DNA of 10,785 bases, taken from contig JAXINV010000071.1 in NCBI GenBank assembly GCA_034190465.1, positions 1-10,785 on the forward strand, in the 5' to 3' direction. The notes under the pieces are model-generated. The model was given only the letters and a program-made list of their open reading frames with translations, ran no database searches and was not told where the DNA came from. This DNA is from Candidatus Asbonarchaeum danakilense (lineage in GTDB: Archaea > Nanohalarchaeota > Nanosalinia > Nanosalinales > Nanoanaerosalinaceae). Every line of letters starts with the position of its first letter. Positions within the stretch are counted from its first letter, which is position 1. This document shows positions 5,681-10,785 of the stretch, piece after piece. Position numbers and translations under genes: made by a program.

Positions 5681-6090
5681 GCTCTGTACGCGCCGTTCCA
5701 GATATCGACAACGATGTCAACGGCTATGTGCACGGCCAGTCCGATCGCCGCCGGGTAGAACAGGACGTGGAGCTTCGTCCCCGCCAGCAGCACCGCAAGC
5801 GCCAGGAAATGTGTCAGGATCCGGTGTCGAACCAGTGCCGGATACTCGATATCACGCAGCAGCCGGTCCGGCTCCATGAATGCCTTGTGCGGCGCACGCA
5901 GCCACGCCAGTCCCTCGTCCCATTCGCCAGTCACCAGCATCGAGAGGAAGACATGGTCAACATCGATGAACACGCCGGCGACCGTTCCCATCACCGTCCA
6001 CAGCAGGATCTGGCCTGGTACAAGCCCGAGGAACGCGGCAGATCCCGCTGTAACGGCTGCCGACAGGATGGCGTGGTCGCGGGGGTACAC
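5677..6090 (-). CDS. Membrane-bound metal-dependent hydrolase (YdjM-like)
   Basis: Hydrophobic helices with motifs H(AILS), DVDH, HRILTH and HIAVD. GTG at 6090 is preferred as start because it lies 5 nt after an SD-like GGTGA, the same spacing as top6A and top6B. ATG 6096 is the alternative. Confidence 0.75.
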   Translation of the reverse strand: MYPRDHAILSAAVTAGSAAFLGLVPGQILLWTVMGTVAGVFIDVDHVFLSMLVTGEWDEGLAWLRAPHKAFMEPDRLLRDIEYPALVRHRILTHFLALAVLLAGTKLHVLFYPAAIGLAVHIAVDIVVDIWNGAYRA

Positions 6091-6109
6091 AGGCATCACC
6101 TGCGCGGCA

Positions 6110-7231
6110 TCATGGGAGGAATTCTCCTCGTTCGATCTTCTCGGGCAGATACGTCTCGGCGACGAACTGCAGCGAGTTGTTGGCCAGCGCCTGCTGCTCG
6201 ACCCTGATACCCTTGTCGATCATCGTCTGCAGCTCCTGCTGCCATTCCTCGTGCTTGAACCACTCGTAGTCCATCATGTCCAGCGCCCGCTTGTAGTCGG
6301 CCGTCGGGCCGCCGGACTGGTCCGGGCCCTTGCCCTTCAGGTTCTCGGTCACGTTGGTCAGGCCGTACTCCTCGATGTCCGACATCGTCATCCCGATCAG
6401 GTTCGCATCCGGCGTGGCCAGCCGGTTGGACTCGAACGCCAGGTTCATCGAGCCAGCGGTCAGCACGGAGTAGATGTAGTAGCCGTACGGGTCGCCGTCC
6501 GTGAAGACGTAGACAGGCAGGTCCAGCCGGTCGTTCAGCAGCCGTGTCAGCCGCCGCACACCACGCGAGGGCTGGCCGCCCGCCGAGACGATGATGGCGT
6601 CGTGCTCCTTGTGGTAGTCCTCCTCGACAAGCCGTGCAGCCATCGCGGATGTCTCGACCACGAGGACGTAGTCGGCGTTGTGCTCCACGAAGTTGTAGTC
6701 ATCCACGATGCTCGGCACACCCAGCCCGGACTTACCGAGCTGCAGGCAGTCGATCTCGTCGCCCTCGTCCTCGATCGTGATCGGGCCGAACAGCCGTCCC
6801 TTCGGCTCCGCGATCAGGTGCAGCTGCTCCCGCAGACTGTCTGTCGCGGTCTCCAGGTCGACGATGACCGGGTCGGACTCGTCCTGGTCCTCCAGCGTGT
6901 TCTCATCCAGGCCCGGCACGGTCCGCTTCAGCTGGTAGTACAGCTCTCGGATGGAGGCAGTCCGCTCCTCCTGGATGAACTCCCGGCACTTCGCCGCGAT
7001 CAGCATGGTCTGCATGAACTTCCGGGCATGCCCGATGTTCATGAAGTACCGCTTCGAGGTGGAATCACCGAGGCTCAGCAGCTCGTTCTCCTCGTCGTAC
7101 TCCACGTTCGACCGGCTCCTCACCGGCTTCTCGATGTTCGGGTTGTCTCCTTCTTTGATCTGCTCGAGGACGTTCCTCCCGAGCTGTTCTAATTTCTTGA
7201 TCGTCGCTTCGTCTTCTTCGAGCTGTGGCAT
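6110..7231 (-). CDS. top6A: DNA topoisomerase VI subunit A
   Basis: SIRELYY (catalytic Tyr), DQDESD, TOPRIM Glu in LVVET, GGQPSRGVRRL, FTDGDPYGYYIY, EQQAL. SD GGTGA lies 5 nt upstream. Confidence 0.97.
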   Translation of the reverse strand: MPQLEEDEATIKKLEQLGRNVLEQIKEGDNPNIEKPVRSRSNVEYDEENELLSLGDSTSKRYFMNIGHARKFMQTMLIAAKCREFIQEERTASIRELYYQLKRTVPGLDENTLEDQDESDPVIVDLETATDSLREQLHLIAEPKGRLFGPITIEDEGDEIDCLQLGKSGLGVPSIVDDYNFVEHNADYVLVVETSAMAARLVEEDYHKEHDAIIVSAGGQPSRGVRRLTRLLNDRLDLPVYVFTDGDPYGYYIYSVLTAGSMNLAFESNRLATPDANLIGMTMSDIEEYGLTNVTENLKGKGPDQSGGPTADYKRALDMMDYEWFKHEEWQQELQTMIDKGIRVEQQALANNSLQFVAETYLPEKIERGEFLP

Positions 7232-7236
7232 CTATA

Positions 7237-8778
7237 TCACCCCTCGGCCTCCTCGACGTTCTCGCCGTACTTGTCGTTCAGCATCTCCGTGATCGCGTCC
7301 TGGATCGTGTCCTCGTCCTCCGAGGTCAGCTCTGCCAGGGCCCCGGACATCAGCTGGCCGTACGATGTGAGTTTCTTTTTCTTCTTCGCGCGGACCTTCT
7401 TCTTCCGCTTCTGGCTGATGTGCGTCTTCAGCTTCCTGCCGACCTCCTGGAGCGCCAGTTTCATCTCCTTCCGGATCTCCGGGTAGTCGGCGATCGCCTC
7501 CTTGCCCTCCGACGTGAACGGCACCCAGACTGAGGCCATGTGGACCAGGATGTAGACCGGGCCCTGCGGCCGCTCGCCTGACTCGCTGAGGTTGTACCGG
7601 GACCAGTCCGTGTCCCGGATGGCCTTGGTCGTGGCGCAGGACGACCGCTTGTAGATCAGCGGGACCTTGTTCGCGTACCGCAGGACGTCGTACGTCCCCT
7701 TGTCCTGGATATCGCCGCCGTACGCGATCGCCGCCTCGATCTGGTACGGGTTACCACGGTAGACCGACGGTTTCCGCGTCACGGAGGCGACGAACTCGGG
7801 GTTGAGCTCCTTCTTCAGCCCGCGCTCGATCAGGTCCTCCCCGATCGGTGACAGGCAGTTGGTCGGCGGGTTCTGCAGGTCGGTGTTCTGCATCGCGTCC
7901 AGCAGGTTCTCGATCTGGTTCTTCTCCAGGGTCGACGGCCGCTTGTTGCCTTCGATCCCGGCCTTCTCCAGGATGTCGTCCGCCGACGTCCGACCGACCC
8001 GCGTGAACTCGTTCCGCAGCAGGCTGGAGACCGTCCGCGAGCTCGAGTTCTTGATCATCCGCTGCAGCACGCCGAGTTCGACACCGTGCGGGTGAGGTTT
8101 GATCTCCTTCGGCTTCGGCGGCAGACTGTCCGACACGCGCGGGTATTCGATCGTGTTGCCGTCCGGCTCGTGCAGCACGATCTTGGCATACGGGTTCATG
8201 ATGGCGGTGTGTTTCAGGTACGTCCTGACGGAGTGGTGGCCGCCGGTGTACTTGGCCTCGACCTCCATCTCGATCGAGGTACCGTGGTCGAATTCGTAGT
8301 CGTCGACGATACGGTCCTCGATGATCTCCGGCTCGTTCTCCTGTGTATCGATACGGACTTTGAACATGTGCGTGTCTTCCTCCCCTTTCTTCCGCGAGTA
8401 GATCTTGACCGGGTTGCCGGTGGTCAGCTGTGCGTACAGGCCTGCGGCGGAGATGCCGATACCCTGCTGGCCGCGTGTCTGCTGGAGCTTGTGGAACTTG
8501 GAGCCGTACAGCAGCTTGCCGAAGATGTTCGGGATGATGTCTTTGTCGATGCCCATGGCGTTGTCCTTGACCTGGAACCGGAGCTTCTCGTCCCCTGTCT
8601 CCTCGATCGTGACGTGGATTTCGGGGAGGATGCGTTCTACCTCGCAGGCGTCGAGCGCGTTGTCGACCGCTTCCTTGATACAGGTGATGATGGCTTTCTG
8701 TGGGTTGGAGAAGCCGAGCAGGTGTCTGTTCTTTTCGAAGAATTCTGCGACTGAAATCTCTCTGTGCTGTTCTGGCAT
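7237..8778 (-). CDS. top6B: DNA topoisomerase VI subunit B
   Basis: The true start is MPEQHREISVAEFFEKN at 8778, with SD GAGGTGA. GHKL motifs KEAVDNALDA, DNAMGI, GKLLYGSKFH, RGQQGIG and HGT. Also an H2TH region, RYANKVPL and VPFTSEGKEAIA. Confidence 0.97.
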   Translation of the reverse strand: MPEQHREISVAEFFEKNRHLLGFSNPQKAIITCIKEAVDNALDACEVERILPEIHVTIEETGDEKLRFQVKDNAMGIDKDIIPNIFGKLLYGSKFHKLQQTRGQQGIGISAAGLYAQLTTGNPVKIYSRKKGEEDTHMFKVRIDTQENEPEIIEDRIVDDYEFDHGTSIEMEVEAKYTGGHHSVRTYLKHTAIMNPYAKIVLHEPDGNTIEYPRVSDSLPPKPKEIKPHPHGVELGVLQRMIKNSSSRTVSSLLRNEFTRVGRTSADDILEKAGIEGNKRPSTLEKNQIENLLDAMQNTDLQNPPTNCLSPIGEDLIERGLKKELNPEFVASVTRKPSVYRGNPYQIEAAIAYGGDIQDKGTYDVLRYANKVPLIYKRSSCATTKAIRDTDWSRYNLSESGERPQGPVYILVHMASVWVPFTSEGKEAIADYPEIRKEMKLALQEVGRKLKTHISQKRKKKVRAKKKKKLTSYGQLMSGALAELTSEDEDTIQDAITEMLNDKYGENVEEAEG

Positions 8779-8788
8779 CGATGTCACC

Positions 8789-9292
8789 TCAGATGGTCTG
8801 TGCCTTGTTCTGGTCCAGGTACTGGTAGGCGGTCGCGTGTGAGCTACCGTCCAGCAGCATCTCCACGGCCTTTTTCGCGACCTCCAGCCCGCGGAGCGGG
8901 CCGAGGATGGAGACTGTCTTGCCGTAGACCGCGAGCTCTGTGTTGGTCTCCTTCTGGATGTGCTGCTTCGCCTCACCGTCACGGCCGATGACACGGCCCT
9001 TCAACCGTTCCTGGCCGTTGTCCGTGTCGGTGAAGTCCTTGACGTTGATGACGGCCAGGCCGGCGTTGTCCTCCAGCAGGCGGAGTGCCTTCTCCGGGGC
9101 GAAGCCGCGGCCGATGGCCTTGACTATGTCGCGCGCTGTCATCTCCTGCAGCGGATCATCTCCTTCGACGGTGACCTCGTTGTCGTCGACCGTCAGATCG
9201 GTGTTCGTGAGGTCTTGGATCTCCTCGAGCGTCGATCCGTCCTCACCGATGAGAACCGCCACTCGTTCGTCCGGTATCCTGACAACGCGCAC
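8789..9292 (-). CDS. KH-domain RNA-processing protein (archaeal Dim2/Pno1/Krr1 family)
   Basis: IPDERVAVLIGEDG, IVKAIGRGFAPEKALRLL, RLKGRVIGRDG and GSSHATAYQYL. It sits in the canonical position downstream of rio1. Confidence 0.93.
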   Translation of the reverse strand: MRVVRIPDERVAVLIGEDGSTLEEIQDLTNTDLTVDDNEVTVEGDDPLQEMTARDIVKAIGRGFAPEKALRLLEDNAGLAVINVKDFTDTDNGQERLKGRVIGRDGEAKQHIQKETNTELAVYGKTVSILGPLRGLEVAKKAVEMLLDGSSHATAYQYLDQNKAQTI

Positions 9293-9311
9293 GGATAATC
9301 TCCTGTTCCAA

Positions 9312-9338
9312 CATTTAAATGCTTTATTCCTTTATAAG
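9312..9338 (-). promoter_or_regulatory. TATA-like elements for the KH-top6B-top6A-hydrolase operon
   Basis: Minus strand CTTATAAA (9338-9331) and palindromic CATTTAAATG (9321-9312), upstream of SD-like GGAGA and GTG 9292. Confidence 0.5.
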
Positions 9339-9377
9339 TCGCCGTTTTCGTGCCTGTTGCGCTGATGCTGCCGGGTT

Positions 9378-10097
9378 TCAGTCTTTGATACGTCCGACGA
9401 GATCATCCATGTCCCGTTCAAGCCCGTAACGGTCCTCGAAGTGGTTCGCCAGGTTCTGTAGGTCGCGTTCCAGCAGCTCGTCCGCCAGCGGGTGGGCCTG
9501 CAGCACGCCCTGGCTGAAGTCGATCAGCTGCGGCTTGCCGTGCCACAGGATGTTGTACTCGCTCAGGTCGCCGTGCACCAGCTCCTCCTGCTGCCATAGT
9601 TTCCTGATCTGGTCGATGATGTGGTCGAACTCACGCTCCGGCTCGTGCAGCTCCACGTCCTTCAGTCGCGGGGCGGGAGAAAAGTCCTCGCCGAGGAAGT
9701 CCATGACCAGCACGTTCTTCTCGAAGCCGCGCGGCCGCGGCGCATCGACACCGGCTCGTTCCACCTTCATCAGGTTCTTGTACTCCTTCCTGCACCAGGC
9801 GAAGATGACGTCCCGCCGGCTGTCGCTGATGCCCTGGAACCGCGGGTCGTTGAGCAGGTACTTGGTCATGTCCTCGTAGTTGCTGGCCTCGACGACGTAT
9901 ATCTTCACTGCGACCTGTTCGCCGTCGTCTGTCGTCGCCACGCAGACGTTCGATTCCTTGCCCTGCTTGACGAACCCGTGCAGGGTCTGGAAGTGGCCGT
10001 CGTCCGCGAGCTCGTACAGGGAGCGGAGGGTCTCGCTGTTGAAGACGTTCTCGAAGTTCTTCTCCGCCTCCTGGTCCTCCCAGATGTCCCGCGGCAT
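9378..10097 (-). CDS. rio1: RIO1 family serine/threonine kinase
   Basis: GKESNV, VAVKIY, WCRKEYKNL, NVLVMDFLG, LVHGDLSEYNIL and IDFSQGV motifs. Confidence 0.96.
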   Translation of the reverse strand: MPRDIWEDQEAEKNFENVFNSETLRSLYELADDGHFQTLHGFVKQGKESNVCVATTDDGEQVAVKIYVVEASNYEDMTKYLLNDPRFQGISDSRRDVIFAWCRKEYKNLMKVERAGVDAPRPRGFEKNVLVMDFLGEDFSPAPRLKDVELHEPEREFDHIIDQIRKLWQQEELVHGDLSEYNILWHGKPQLIDFSQGVLQAHPLADELLERDLQNLANHFEDRYGLERDMDDLVGRIKD

Positions 10098-10103
10098 GGC
10101 AAA

Positions 10104-10127
10104 GGTTTTAGATGCAAGTTTTAAACT
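10104..10127. promoter_or_regulatory. Overlapping divergent TATA boxes for rio1 and the Zn-ribbon gene
   Basis: Plus strand TTTTAGAT (~10106-10113) lies about 26 nt before ATG 10136. Minus strand GTTTAAAAC (10126-10118) lies about 25 nt before ATG 10097. Confidence 0.5.
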
Positions 10128-10135
10128 ACTGGGAC

Positions 10136-10528
10136 ATGGGCGAGACCAGGGTCTGTCCCAACTGCGGGTCGGAGGACGTCAGCCGGACGCGCTCCACGGT
10201 GACAGGGATGCTGGGGCTGGACAACCGGTACGAGTGCGGACGCTGCGGCTACACGGGCAACCTGTTCCCGGTGATGGATGAGGAAGAGACCGACGAGCAC
10301 CGTGAGGCGCTGCGCGAGGAGAAGTCGTTCGAGGAGATGGACGACTACGAGCCGCCGGAGACCCCTGTCAGCGGCTGGCGGGTCGTGACCGGCGTCGTGA
10401 TGGTGCTTCTGGGCCTGGGATCGCTGCCGCTCGCGTCGCGGTCAGGCACTGCGCTGGTCGGCTCGCTGCTGATACCGATCGGTGCGATGACGATCTACAG
10501 GGAAGTGAGAAAGTATCGTTCGTCTTAG
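10136..10528 (+). CDS. Zn-ribbon protein with two C-terminal transmembrane helices
   Basis: CPNCGS...YECGRCGY, an acidic linker, then two hydrophobic segments. Start 10136 (MGETRVC) is preferred over 10112 from TATA spacing. Confidence 0.8.
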   Translation: MGETRVCPNCGSEDVSRTRSTVTGMLGLDNRYECGRCGYTGNLFPVMDEEETDEHREALREEKSFEEMDDYEPPETPVSGWRVVTGVVMVLLGLGSLPLASRSGTALVGSLLIPIGAMTIYREVRKYRSS

Positions 10529-10785
10529 AGGAACTCGTTGAGGTCGTCGAGGAAGCCGTTGTCGTCCAGCCAGTTCTTCTGCGCATTGCTGTAATGCCAG
10601 ATGATGTCCGCCTTCTCGTCGCCCTGGACGTCCCACGGCTCGATGAGGACGACGTCGTCCTCCTTGACCCACATGTTCCGGCGCTTGCTGCCGGGGATAC
10701 GTCCCATGCGTTCCCTGCCGTCGCTGCAGTACAGCTTGAACCGTCCGTAGCCGCTCTTGTTCAGCACCACGGCCAGGTGTTCGCC
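10525..10785 (-). CDS. eif1a: Translation initiation factor aIF-1A (5' truncated by the window edge)
   Basis: The frame is open to the window edge: GEHLAVVLNKSGYGRFKLYCSDGRERMGRIPGSKRRNMWVKEDDVVLIEPWDVQGDEKADIIWHY. Confidence 0.96.
   Translation of the reverse strand, partial: GEHLAVVLNKSGYGRFKLYCSDGRERMGRIPGSKRRNMWVKEDDVVLIEPWDVQGDEKADIIWHYSNAQKNWLDDNGFLDDLNEFL

Noticed and set aside
5876..8842. Long plus-strand ORFs (5876-7192, 8086-8754, 8405-8842 and others)
   Set aside because: Antisense shadows of top6A and top6B caused by high-GC codon bias. The same applies to 738-1538, 8940-9365 and 9621-10124.
8779..8994. 72-aa N-terminal extension of Top6B in the ORF track
   Set aside because: It overlaps the KH gene in another frame. 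The conserved N-terminus and SD place the start at 8778.

Overview
Archaeal chromosomal window with high GC and very acidic proteins. The Methanococcales-type S-layer C-terminus and the short (513 aa) TopoVI B suggest a halophilic non-Halobacteria lineage such as Nanohaloarchaeota/DPANN (inference). Left (1-3955): a surface-protein cluster with the 3' part of an S-layer protein, a secreted beta-rich protein and two divergent paralogous DUF5667-like secreted proteins. Middle (3956-4900): a non-coding region ending in tRNA-Phe(GAA) on the minus strand. Downstream of the tRNA lies a chain of direct and inverted copies of its own 3' end joined by hairpins, plus an AT-rich island with two blocks of five phased 10-bp repeats. 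This is the most unusual part of the window. Next come a small acidic ORF divergent from a stand-alone minimal nucleotidyltransferase, and a membrane metal-dependent hydrolase. Right (6110-10785): the conserved archaeal eIF1A-rio1-KH(Dim2/Pno1)-top6B-top6A cluster, interrupted by an opposite-strand Zn-ribbon membrane protein.
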